The notes beneath the pieces are model-generated. The model worked only from the letters and a program-made list of their open reading frames with translations, made no database searches and was not told where the DNA came from. 64,000 bases of DNA from Takakia lepidozioides. Its lineage: Eukaryota; Plantae; Bryophyta. The stretch is taken from NCBI GenBank assembly GCA_030704615.1, contig CM060732.1, positions 62,310,001-62,374,000 on the forward strand. Direction: 5' to 3'. Below, one piece after another: positions 1 through 11,589 of the stretch (position 1 is its first letter; every line of letters starts with the position of its first letter). Position numbers and translations under genes: made by a program.

Positions 1-149
1 TACCTCTTTAGATCTCGCATATATGTACATAAAAGGAAACTTGACAGCCCACAATTTAGGTCCTTGAGGGGTTTTTATTTATTTAAGGAAATATGGGAGC
101 GACAGCCCACAATTCAGGCCCTTGAGGAGGGGGAAAGATTAACCCCCTT

Positions 150-298
150 TCATTTATGGGCCATGAGACCTACGGGACGATCAACGCCCATACATACCGT
201 CACACGAACAATCCCACACACGGGGCAGGGCAGTGGGTTCGAACCCCGAACCACCTGAGTGACACACATTGTGCACTTACCAGCTGAGCTACCAGCCG
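150..298 (-). mobile_element. tRNA-derived SINE (head region)
   Basis: Minus strand has a Pol III A box TAGCTCAGCTGG (280-291) and B box GGTTCGAACCC (235-245) at tRNA-like spacing, with no complete cloverleaf. The 3' boundary is approximate. Confidence 0.55.
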
Positions 299-2694
299 AT
301 GTGTTTTTTTTTTAATCTCAAACCTCCTCCATCTTGCATTGGAAATTAACACCAAAATATTATGCAATATCTTATCAATTTTCTCTTTTACCATAGATTG
401 TTTTTTTTGTGTTTTGTACATATTGAAGAACATCAGATATTCTTTAAAACCATTAAATTATATATTAATGGAAATAACTATCCATACCCGGAAACTATTC
501 ATACCCTCAGGGTATATTTTGGCATATATATCCATACCCGGGGGTTATATAGAAATCTGAAAAGTTAATTTACCCATACCTGGAGGGTAAATGATTTCAC
601 AAAAATAACTTACTTATACCCTATGGGTATATTGAAATCAATATACCCGCACAACACTGGTTCGAACCTTGGACCTAGGATTAATAAAATAAATTGGAGT
701 TGATGTAGGGAGCCCACGTGGGGATCCCACATGTGGAGCCCACGAGCCCTGACAGGAGCCGGCCCCCTAGGTTGTAAATACGGTATTAATGTCATTAATA
801 TTTATTTTTCAAGGCGCCGGCATATCGGCCCTAATGTTGGATGGATTAATTTGCATTGGAGATGGATGAAAATGTAGATGGATGGATGTATTCCATGCAT
901 GCCCATCCATCCATGAAATTAATGAATTCCATCCCCATTGCCACAGCCGTCGGATTAGAGGTTTGATCTGACGGTTGTGACACAAGAGACTACATACGGG
1001 GATGATGCATACTCCCCGATTCTTTTTTGCTTACCACCTCGAGCTGATTCAGGCTCTGCAACTAGGCTGTCAACGTTGGGAGAGAGAGAGGGGGACACCA
1101 TGTGTATGTGTAAAAGAGAGCAACGTGTGTGTGAGAGAGAGCAACGCAGGGAGAGAGATAAAGAGTGTGGGTGTGAGAGAGAACCCTAAACTTTTGCACT
1201 GTGTGTGAGAGAGAAGAGACTCAAAGAGAGAGCCCAACGAAGCAGCCGCGGCGAGCAAACCAACGGCCCGCTGCAGTGCCTTGAAGTAGGGAAGGAGGAG
1301 TAGCTTGGCAAGGAGCCTTTGCAAGTGTCACAAGGCCAGCACGGAGTGCGTTCTTTTCAATTTTGTTTTTGTTTTTGTCTTTCCAGTGTCAGGCTCCTTC
1401 TTTGCTTGCAATGCAGATAGCGACGAAGAGAGAGTAGTGGGTCAATGTTTGTTGAATATCTTTTCAACGAGAGATGTCGTATTATCTGTCTCTACACATT
1501 CCTAAGCACTCACATAAGCAAATTATACGTACGTGCAGGGCAATTTTTGGAGAGGGGATTTTGTATTTGAAACAGACGGAGTGCCTTGAAGCACGGAATG
1601 AAAGATCATCATAGCTTGGCGGAGCCTTGTCAAGTGTCACAAGCCATACTCCAAGTATCATGTGAGTTCTTTTGTTCTTCGTGTACGGGAAAACCCGCCC
1701 ATAGCAACCAATGAATTCGTTGAAGTTTTCAGGCACTTGGTCGGATTTTCATAGAAATTAGATCTCTACCCGTACCTGTACAGGCATATAGGGCTTCCAC
1801 TTGTTTTCTCGATTATCTGTATCTTCAGACAGATCAGGTTTGTGCCAGTAGTTTCCGTGCCAGTAGTTTCCATACCAAGTGATGTAGGATTCTACTCAGA
1901 TGCGTGTTGCGATTCAACAAAACAGAGCTAGAGTAAGATGATAACAGAATAGACCTGCAGCATGCTACATTTATAGCATTGCACACTGCCATGAATTGAG
2001 GCATGGCTACCACCACACCGAATGTTCCCTGTCCCTGTTCTGCGTTTCGTCCCTACCTCCGTCTCTCATCGATTCTCTTTGAATGTGGTTGCTCGCAAGC
2101 GAGGCTTATATCTCTCATTGTCTCCTTATGTCCAATAATTGTTACTTCTTCCTCACACTCAGATACCTCTCATTTGAACGTCAGCAGATCGCTGTCTCTT
2201 TTCTTTTCGTTACTAGTCTTAAGCTCTTGGTTGCTTCATTTTTAACCAATGGAGCAAGCTTTGCCGACCAACGCCACCGACACATCGCAACATGAAACAG
2301 TCACTATGAAGCACAAAATGAGGAAATTAGGAACCCTAGCAACATGATGTGAAATTTGGTAGACCATCATGGATTTGGTCCAAATTATCATTTGGGCAGA
2401 TGTAGGGGTTGTCTTTGATTCAGTTGTTTTTCTGTTGGGAGGGAGAGCTGCAGGGAAGGAGCGAGAGAGAGAATGAGCGAGAGCCGGCAAGCGGCAGCCA
2501 TGGCGGGGTCAAGCAACAGGTACATATGACCTCATTCCTTCACTGATAACCCACTTCTGCTCTCATGCAATACACCACCAACCATTGGTGATATGCTCTC
2601 CTTTTATTTATAACATGTTTTTATTTATAAAACTCTAAAGGCCTCCATCCCTCATTCTTTAAAGTAAATTTAAAATAATAATAATAATAATAAT

Positions 2695-2928
2695 AAAACT
2701 GAAGTTGAACACCAGTTGACAACTTCAGCTTTTTGTTAAGAGAAAAATGGTAAAATGTTTTTGTTTGAATTATATTTTGGACCTAGGTCCCATTTTCTTT
2801 AAATGAAAATTTTAAATTTTCTAATAATTTAAAAAAAAACTGAAGTTGAGCACTCAGCAGCTCAAGTGACAACTTCAGCTTTTTATTAAAGAAAATTTGT
2901 AAAATATTTTTGTTTAAATTATAATTTG
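2695..2928. repeat. Two tandem ~140 bp AT-rich units, each with a CTGAAGTTG...CAACTTCAG hairpin
   Basis: aaaactgaagttga...gacaacttcagctttt begins at ~2695 and again at ~2836, each followed by a similar AT-rich tail. Confidence 0.7.
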
Positions 2929-5790
2929 CTTGAGATTATGTGTGATGATGATGAGGCGGTCTTGGAACAGTTGAATCAATTAATGGCACATCACGAGATC
3001 AAAGAGATACGACGACTCCCTAAAGTAAGAACACCGGTGGTACCTCCTAATCAGAAGGGCGGTCCAAGTTCAAGGCGAAGCAACATCACAGGAGGAGCTT
3101 CCAGAGGAACAAACACGAGCCTCTGGTCAGTTTCTCTTCCCAAGAAGGTTTGAAAAATTTCCCGAGCCAGAGACAGGAAGATCAAAGATATTAAACCATT
3201 TCTACAAAGGGCGCATATCCATGTCACCAATGGAGGTCATCATGCATGTACCGGGTGAGTTTGAGAAATTGAAAAGTTTGGTCAAGGTGGTGGAAAAGAG
3301 CAAGTTCAATGCTTTTCCAGCCAAGTTCAACATGAGTCCATATTGGCACACGACACAGGTGATCCAGATCTGGAAGTAGTATCATATGCTTTGCAGTGGC
3401 AAGGTGAAAGCTTTGCATGCTCTGGTTACGATTGGCAATTACCAAGTAAAGGGCCAGATCGATACAGGGGCCATGATATCAGTGATAGCAGCAACCACAA
3501 TAAGAGACTTGGGCTTGATGAGCTGTGTCACCACTGACAGGGAAATGACATACCGAGTAGCTTCAGGTGCTGTCGAGATAACAATGGGGGTGCTTGACAA
3601 TTTGAAGGTTACAGTGGGAAAACTAACTAACAGGATCAGTTTTATGGTTGTGGACACTGACACATACAACATGCTGCTTGGACTAGACTTCTTAAGGGAA
3701 GTTTGGGGCAACGGTTGATATGGAAACATAGACACTAAGGGTCAGGTATGGTCCTGGGTTCAACGTGGTTTACTTTCCACTTCACACCATGAATCAATTG
3801 AAGCCAACGATTGGCAATTTCCATGAATTCTGCAAGAACTTGGTGGTAGAGCCAATGATAGAAGAACAAGAGGGCCAGACCGAGGTCATGGCCCTTGATC
3901 AAATGCAAAATCCACATGCAAGGCAGAGTTTGTTCACACCAATGGAAGAGGATGGTCTGTCTGACTACATGTCAGATATGGAGGATAGTGTGAGCTCTGT
4001 CTTAACAGAAAGCATGGATGAAGAACTGGACTGGGATGAGACTCATGGCCTCTACTCAGACCAGGGGGCAATTGAAGATTATCTAAAATGCCTGGACATC
4101 TGGGAGGATGAGAGTCAAGATCAGGAATACCCAGAGATCTCTGAGGAAATCAGCCGCAAGGATATGACTGATGACCTGATCAAGGAGGCCTACATCAAGG
4201 CTTGGGAAGGTGAATACTACACGAATCCAGAGTCTGATGATGAATTTCAAGACTGGACCAAAGTCACCAACCAACAAAGGAGATAAGGTCTACCTGCATG
4301 CTATCGGGACTGACTCCAAAAAAAAAAACAAGCATGCAAACACTGGAGGCAGAACAGAGGTGGGAAGACATAAAAAACAAACTCAGGATCAGCCCTGAGT
4401 TCACTCCAGAGTAGAAATAACAGCTGCTGGAGGTATGCAGAAGGAATCATCACAGCTTTGCCATGAACAAAGCCGACCTTGGCCATTGTGCTGATGTGGA
4501 GCACGATATCAATACCCAAGGGTTTCCTGCAACCAGAAAGCCAGCAAACAGATTGTCAGAAGCTGAGGAGAACCTTGTACAAGAACAGATTGAAGCACTC
4601 ATCTTACAAGGTAAAATGCGAATCAGCAAGTCTGAATATGCATGCCCAGTTACTTTGCCACCCAAGAAAGATGGGAGCCAAGGTTTTGTGGAGATTACAG
4701 GCCACTCAATCTACACACACTGAAGGATGCATACCCAATGCCACTAATAGAGGATGTCTGGCAACAACTTGGCAAGTCATAGTGGTTCTCTGCGCTGGAT
4801 CTGCAATCAGGCTTTTGGCAAATCAAGATGAGGGAAGATGACATCAAAAAGACGGCCATAATCACGAAGAGAGGACTGTTTGAGTGGCTGGTCATGCCAT
4901 TTGGTTTGAAGAATGCCACAAGAACTTTCCAGAGGGCTATGAATGTCATACTTCATGATGAGTTAAAGACTTTTGCAAAAGTCTTTGTTGATGACATAAA
5001 TAAATATACATAGTGCAACATGAGAAGATCATTTACAGCACTTGGATGTCATCCTCAAGAAACTCAGGCATCATAATCTGAAGCCGAATCCCAGTAAGTG
5101 TGAATTAGGCAGGCAAGAGTTGGTTTTCTTGGGACATGTCATTTCCAAGGAAGGGGTAAGGCCTGACCCAAACAAAATGGTAGCAATTCAATGTTTCCCA
5201 ATACCAAAGACCCCCACAGCTGTGAAGAGCTTTGTTGGGGTGACCAATTACTACAAGGATTACATCAAGGGATACGCAAGCACTGGGGTGCCACTCTTTG
5301 AACTCACAAAGAAGGAGCCAACATTCCAATGGAACGCAGAAGCACAAAATGCCTTTGAGGCATTGATCCTCAAGCTGCAGAATGCACCGATCTTTAGTAA
5401 GGCCCGATTTCACTAAACCCTTTATATTTGATGTTGATTGGAGTACAAAGGGGGTAGGGGCAATACTGTCACAGAAAGATCGTTGTAAAGAACATGTAAT
5501 TGCATATGCAAGCAAGGCGTTGACAGATGTTCAGAAAAGATATCATCCCATGGAGGGCGAGTGCTATGCACTGGTGTGGGGTATCCTGCACTTCCGACTG
5601 ATCATAAACCCCTAGAATGGCTGGCTATGGTTAGCGACACCAATGGAAAGAGAGGTAGGTGGATAATGATGTTATAGGATTACGATTTTAAGATTGTTCA
5701 CAGACCATGAGCTAAGCATGGAAATGTTGACGCTTTAAGTCGCTACCTAGTGGGACGATCTAGTGGGGAAGAAGAATATGAAGTCAAATG
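2926..5790 (+). mobile_element. Degenerate Ty3/Gypsy pol fragment (protease, acidic spacer, RT, RNase H); no integrase or LTR seen
   Basis: Protease IDTGAMISVI (3386-3718); RT ...FEWLVMPFGLKNA...FVDDI (4463-5416); RNase H DVDWSTKGVGAILSQ...YHPMEGECYALVWG (5382-5615); many frameshifts and stops. Confidence 0.9.
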
Positions 5791-5924
5791 ACCAAAGGAA
5801 AGATACATGTTCACAATATCAATCCAGATAGTTAGGTCAAAGAGGTTTGGGTTTTGACATTGGGGCTAGAGGATTTGACAGTGTTTGCAACACTCAATAA
5901 GTCTGGAAAAGCAACGACGCAACG

Positions 5925-6090
5925 GCGTGAGCCCCGCGCGTGAGCGTGTGAGCCTATGCTCACAGCAGTGTACATGATGTGAGCATGCTGAGGTGGAGCG
6001 GGTATGCTGACGTGGCACTCCGACTGACATCACCACATCATCAGAAACATGTGGCGCCTATAACCGAGGGTAATATAACCGCGGGACTTG
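5925..6090 (+). repeat. GCGTGAGC-rich putative transposon terminus, related in inverted orientation to 30175-30366
   Basis: Clustered GTGAGC motifs followed by CCTATAACCGAGGG and TATAACCGCGGG, the reverse complement of CCCGCGGTTATAGG and the GCTCACGC arrays near 30.2-30.4 kb. Confidence 0.45.
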
Positions 6091-6113
6091 TTTTTCAACA
6101 CAAGGGAGGAAGG

Positions 6114-6180
6114 AAACCCTAAACCCTAAGCCCTAAGCCCTAAACCGCAAACCCTAGCCCTAAATCATAAATCCTAAACT
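6114..6180 (+). repeat. Degenerate telomere-like (AAACCCT)n tract
   Basis: gaaaccctaaaccctaagccctaagccctaaaccgcaaaccctagccctaaat... Confidence 0.7.
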
Positions 6181-6216
6181 CCATCTAGCAGAAGTGATGA
6201 TCGTCAACTATCATCA

Positions 6217-6941
6217 TGTCGCGGCCCTTTGCCTTGAGGGCAGGGGGTCGAGACACAAGAGGGGATGCCCCTGTGGTGGCGGCAGTGGCAACAATAGGTA
6301 CGGGGGCTGAAGCACCTTTGAGTGCCCAAGGCACCAAGGAGGCGGAGGCGCTCACTAGGTGGAGCCCCGCACACCGGGGTGCGGTGGGGGTGGTTCCACG
6401 AGGGGTGGTGGTAGCTTAGTGGGTCTTAGTGGGGGTGACATAGGACTCACCATGGGGTGGAGACCTTGTGGTGGGAGTCGTGGGGAGTCTTGGGACTCAT
6501 CACGGTCCAATGGGGCCATGGTGGGTGGGCCAAGACTCACTGCGACTTATCACCGGGAATAGAGGGTCTTCGTGGTGGTTCACCATAAAATGACTGGGTT
6601 GTTTGTGAAACCCCCGCGGACAGTCACAGAAGTATATATAGGGAGTAGTAACCCTGAGAACGGTGCAAGCCCGTTGGTGACCAAAAACTAGTGAGTAAGC
6701 GTGCGAGCCGGAAAGCGACCAAGGTGTGGGGAGCTGTTCCGGACTGCCAACAACCAAAGGGAATTTTCCACTAGGCCCAAAGAGAGAGAGGGTCTTGTGG
6801 AGGAGCAAAGAGGGACCGTTATGTCCCGGTGAGCAGCCGAAGCTCCGAGTTGGCCAAGCGGCCAGTTTGGGAGTTAGGCGCGCGCATCAAAGCGAGTAAC
6901 TATGACTTGAAGGGGAGCTTACCGAAGTGAGGTGTGCGACA
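6217..6941 (+). mobile_element. 5' LTR of a Ty3/Gypsy element (725 bp)
   Basis: Ends TGTCGC...GCGACA; followed by a degenerate tRNA-iMet PBS (cttcGTATCAGAGC, 6942-6955) and gag; homologous to the inverted LTR at 20987-21713. Confidence 0.9.
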
Positions 6942-6991
6942 CTTCGTATCAGAGCTTAGAGTTCAGTACGCGATCGTCCTTGAGATCGGCC

Positions 6992-7716
6992 TCATCATGG
7001 GGTCGGGCAAGACAAAGCAAAAGCGGAACGGCCCGAAAGATGATGATCCTGGTGAGCCCGGTGGGGACGACGTGTCACCAAAGCGGCAATTGGAGGAGGC
7101 GATTCATGCGTCTGAAAGTGAGGCCGCTCAAGAACGGGAGGAATTTTGGGAGTTGGAGCCCGAGGACTTCCCAGAGGCTCCGCCAGACTAACAGATGTCT
7201 CCCATGCCAGTAGTCTTTTGGGAAGGGTTGTTGGCACAGTTTGGCGGAACGTTGAAAGACGTGTTGAAGGCGGCTAATGCCACTTCCACTAAGACAAAGT
7301 TTAAGGTGAAGCCTAAGGAACCCAGCACCTTCGAAGGCGTTTGAAATCGGAAGGCACTCAACAACTTGCTCTTGGAGCTAGAGCAGTACTTCCGGGCGGC
7401 CAAGTTGAGTGACGAGGATCGGGTGGAAGTGGCTCCCACCTATTTGAGGGGCTATGCTCAACAATGGTGGCATAAATGCTTTCATGACCAAGGTCCAAAC
7501 CCAGAAACCTTGAGCTGGAGTGGGTTCAAGGAACTTATGAAAAGACAGTTTGTGCCCCTCAATGCGTCCTGGCTCGCCTGGGACAAGATGAGGAATTTGA
7601 AGCAAACGGACGACATTCGGGGATATGATCAGGCTTTCAATGTGCTGTTGCTCGAAGTTGCGGATATGGCAGAACCAGAAATGGTCTTCAACTTTGTGGT
7701 GGGACTGGCCCCATGA
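6992..7716 (+). pseudogene. Retrotransposon gag, disrupted and truncated
   Basis: KPKEPSTFEG...LLELEQYFRAAKLSDEDRVEVAPTYLRGYAQQWW...LKQTDDIRGY...FVVGL is a Retrotrans_gag pattern; internal stops; ends abruptly near 7716. Confidence 0.85.
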
Positions 7717-7739
7717 GCCAGGCGTGCTGCTGGGGGAAC

Positions 7740-9056
7740 CAACTAGTCACATCGGGCACATGCTCTGGCACAAATTCTGCAAGTAGACCGGCGCAAAATG
7801 CCTCCTGTGCAATGTGATTGCGAGCTTGGGCATCAATTCGTGGCTGCAATGTGCGTAGTGAACGATGCATCGATACTTATGTCGTAATTTTGATTCATGT
7901 ATGCTTACCAATCATACTATATTATTAGATAAACCTAAATGTACCTTGAATGAATGTTAATGAGAAGGGTGGGAAAAACACCCACCTTTGCCGCATTCGC
8001 AATCTTGTTCTTCTTGTAATGTTTTTCGACAACATGCGGTCGCCGCCTCGGTGGTCTGGTGCCGCCCGGCGGTATCCGTTTCCCAACACTTAGTGCACCA
8101 ACATTCAATCCTGTCGGGGGGGTCAAAGGTGGACGTGGTTGGACGGGGTGGCCCGCGAGGGGGCAACCCGCGGTGCGCTCGACTCGATCCCGGAGTGTCA
8201 ACATCCTCCGCATCACGTGAAAATTGGCCCCGGTCCCTTCTACGATTGTGCCCGGCAGCCTGTATTGGATCAGGTGCAATGGGTGCCTCCTCGCCACGAA
8301 AAATGGTCGCTCTAGGGCCACAATCGATATGTGGTACTACCTCCCCATCCTCGAGGGAGACGGGTCGATGTTTCCTCACCATCCCATCCTAATTAACACA
8401 CACCACCAACACTTTCATTTCTCAAAAACCGTTGGCAAAAAAACCCTATGCCTCAGCCTCGGGGCTTTCAAAATTGGTAACCAAAGGCGGAGCATCCCTA
8501 TGGTGCTAGAGCCCAAGACAATAAATCCTTCCTCTCGTTCTATCTTCAGGATGCTCACACTATGGAAAAATTTGTTGAGACCCAGCGCTTTGCGATTATC
8601 AGATTGAACCACATTTTGGGTATGTGAATCCTAATTACACCGTTTATCCTTTTAACCCCAAGACCCACAACCAAAACCGCCAATCCAAAACCCAGCACCA
8701 TAAAGAAAAGCAAACACCCTAACCCAGTACCATATGAATAAATAAATAAAATAAAAACTAAAAAACCCAAAAGGCCCTAAACCCTAAATCCAGAAAGGCC
8801 GGCCGTCGCCTCCTGCGACACCCTGGCGTCGCATTGGACGATGAGTTTTTTTTTGTTTTTTACCTAAGAGTCGCACCCTGCGATGGACAGCCGTCGCGGG
8901 GGGCGACGCGTTTTTTTATATTTATGGCCGGGGGTCGCAAGAAACGACGGCCAGCCATCGTAAACTTCACTTTTACATTTCAAAAAAAGGGCGGGCGCAG
9001 GCGTGCGACGGCCGGGCGTCGCACGTGGGCGCCGTGACCTTTTTTTTCCCTAAGTG
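7740..9056 (-). mobile_element. CACTA-like transposon 5' portion (transposase-associated CxCxxC...H exon, subterminal repeats, degenerate terminus)
   Basis: RIECWCTKC followed, after a frameshift, by RRRPHVVEKHY resembles the CACTA transposase-associated domain; dense GTCGC/GCGAC repeats at 8800-9040; putative end TTTTTTTTCCCTAAGTG (reverse complement CACTTAGGG, an imperfect CACTA). Confidence 0.5.
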
Positions 9057-9479
9057 CTAGAAGCATCTCTTTCCCCTCCCTTTTTCGTTTGTTCTTTGGG
9101 AGAGAGGTAGTTCAGAGAGTGGGGTTTAGGGTGGAGGAGAAACGCACTTGCTGTTGAGCCCGAGGTGGTCGCAAGGCCCCAAGGAGTTTGCCCCAACGCC
9201 GCTCCAACGCCCAAGGTAAGCACCGCCTCTTCCCTCACTTTCTGTCTTTTTTTCTTGCCCTAAGCACATGCTGATGTCTCTCTCCCCTGTGTGGTAGGAA
9301 CGCCGCGCAAAGGCGCGACCTAACGAGCTGAAGAGAGAGAGAGCCGTGGTGAGTGGGGGAGAGATGCCCTACAGCGGCGGGGATCCGAGCCGCTAGCAGC
9401 CGCGACAACACCGCAGCAGTAGAGGTACGTCAAGGAAATTGCACTCTCCCTTTCCTCTCTGCTTCTGTTTATTGTTCAA

Positions 9480-11445
9480 ATGTAGTCTTCCTGCCCTGAC
9501 TTTAAATTTAGGTCTGGTGCCAAGAGTGGGATAGACCCTTGAGCGCATCCATGATGTCATCTCCCATGTCACAGACTGGAAACAGGTTCAGGGAAGTTTT
9601 CTTCCTAACTTCATTTTCATCGGACAATTTTCTGGTTACAGACATGGCTTTGGACACTACACTCTCTAAGTCAGGTTTATCCAGCAAGGTCAAGACTTGC
9701 GGGTCCAGATTCAGATCCTTGAGAATCTCTTTTACTCTCTTCTCCCAGGGCTCACCCTGTTTGACAGGGCGGTCCTGTTTCCAAGATATAGAGTCGATTA
9801 ACTTAGGATATCTGGTGTTGGACATATGTTGCAGCTGAACCCACCATTTGACCTTGAATTTAGGGTGTCGGGAGCTTAAAAGAGAGCAGCACATAAGAGA
9901 GGGAGAGAGAGGGAGAGGGAGACATTGGGGGGCAACAAAGAAAAGAAAAGAAGGTGGGGGGAGGGGGGGAGTGACTGAGCAGCCGCTGCTGCTGAGTCAC
10001 TCCCCCCCCCCCACATTCTCTGTTTTTCTTTGTTGCCCCCTCTCTTGGGGAAACAAAAGGGACAAATCCTATCTCTGTCAGGGGCTGACGTTGGTAGTAA
10101 GACTTACCTTCACATATAGAATTAATCCGGGATTTCCAGATATCCTCTACAAGTCCCTTCACACAAGCATCAATCTGCTGTGTGTGAGTTGCCCAAAAAC
10201 TAGGCCTCAGAAGGGGCTGGGCTTTTGGCTCAGCCTCGATTTTTTCAAAGTTAGTAAACAGAGGTACATGCACAATTCCCTTGATAGATTTGAAGAGAGC
10301 GTCTCTTTGGTGAGAGAACCCCAGACAGTGTATCAGAAAATGAATAATGTCTTCAGGTTGCCCATAGACATGGTTGGACACTACAGCCTCTAAGTCAGAT
10401 TTATCCAGCAGGGTGAAGACTCGCGGTTCCCGGTCCAGGTCCTTGAGAATCTCTTCTACTGTCTTCTACCAGGACTTAGCCTGTTTGACAGGTCGGTGGG
10501 CGGTCCTGTTTCCAAGATATAGAGTCGATTAATTTAAGATATCTGGTGTTGGACATATGTTGCAGCTGAACCCACCATCTGACCTTGAATTTATCTCGTC
10601 GGGAGCTTAAAAGAGAGCAGCATAGAAGGAGCTGCTGCTGCTCAGTCACTCCCTCCCCCAACATTCTCTGTTTTTCTTTGTTGCCCCCTCTCTTGGGGAA
10701 ACAAAAGGGACAGATCCTACCTCTGTCAGGGGTTGACGTTGGTAGTAAGACTTACCTTCACATATAGAATTAATCCGGGTTTTCCAGATATCCTCTACAA
10801 ATCCCTTCACACAAGCATCAATCTGCTGTGTGTGAGATGCCCAAAAACTAGGCTTCAGAAGGGGCTGGGCTTTTGGCTCAGCCTCGAGACTTTCAAAGTT
10901 AGTAAACAGAGGTACATGCACAATTCCCTTGATAGATTTGAAGAGAGCATCTCTTTGGTGAGAGAACCCCGGACAGTGTATCAAAAAATGAGTATTGTCT
11001 TCAGATTGCCCACACAACGGGCAATTGCACTCTCCCTTTCCTCTATGCTTCTGTTTGCTGTTCAAAGGTAGGCTTCCTGCCCTGAGTTTAAATTTCAGTC
11101 TAGTGCCAAGAGTGGGTAGACCCTTGAGGTCATCCAAGATGTCCTCCCCCATGTCACTGACTGGAAACAAGTTCAGGGAAGTTTTCTGCCTAACTTCATT
11201 TTCATCAGACAATCTCATGGCAACAGACATGGCTTTGGACACTACAGCCTCTAAGTCAGATTTATCCAGCAGGGTCAAGACTTGCGGTTCCAGGTCCAGG
11301 TCCTTGAGAATCTCTTCTACTCTCTTCTGCCAGGACTTAGCCTGTTTGACAGGTCGGTGGGCGGTCCTGTTTCCAAGATATAGAGTCGATTAACTTAGGA
11401 TATTTGGTGTTGGACATATGCTGCAGCTGACCCCACCATCTGACC
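9480..11445 (-). mobile_element. Tandemly rearranged 3' fragments of a non-LTR retrotransposon (post-RT region with zinc knuckle)
   Basis: ORFs 9508-9894, 9860-10381 and 10646-11278 share sequence: RLKFKLRAGSLPLNS...CNCPLCGQSEDNTHFLIHCPGFSHQR (CxxC...H...C C-terminal LINE motif). Confidence 0.8.
9925..10040. repeat. Foldback element with GGGGGGAGTGACTGAGCAG/CTGCTSAGTCACTCCCCCC core
   Basis: Inverted arms of about 55 bp; related copies at ~15220-15330 and ~20735-20850, and a half copy at ~10630-10690. Confidence 0.75.
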
Positions 11446-11589
11446 TCCCCCCCCCCCAACCCATTTTTTTTCATTGTTGCCCCCTCTCTCCCTTTGTCTC
11501 CCTCTCTCCCTCTCCCTCTCCCTCTCTCTCCCACCCTCTCCCTCTCTCTTATTAACTTTTTCTACCCCTCTTTCCCTCTGTGGTTTTTT

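Noticed and set aside
977-2500. Short ORFs in the first 2.5 kb
   Set aside because: No recognisable motifs or coherent exon chain; partly AG/TG microsatellite-derived.
6216-6808. GC-rich ORFs here and at 20840-21876
   Set aside because: They lie within LTRs and resemble no protein family.
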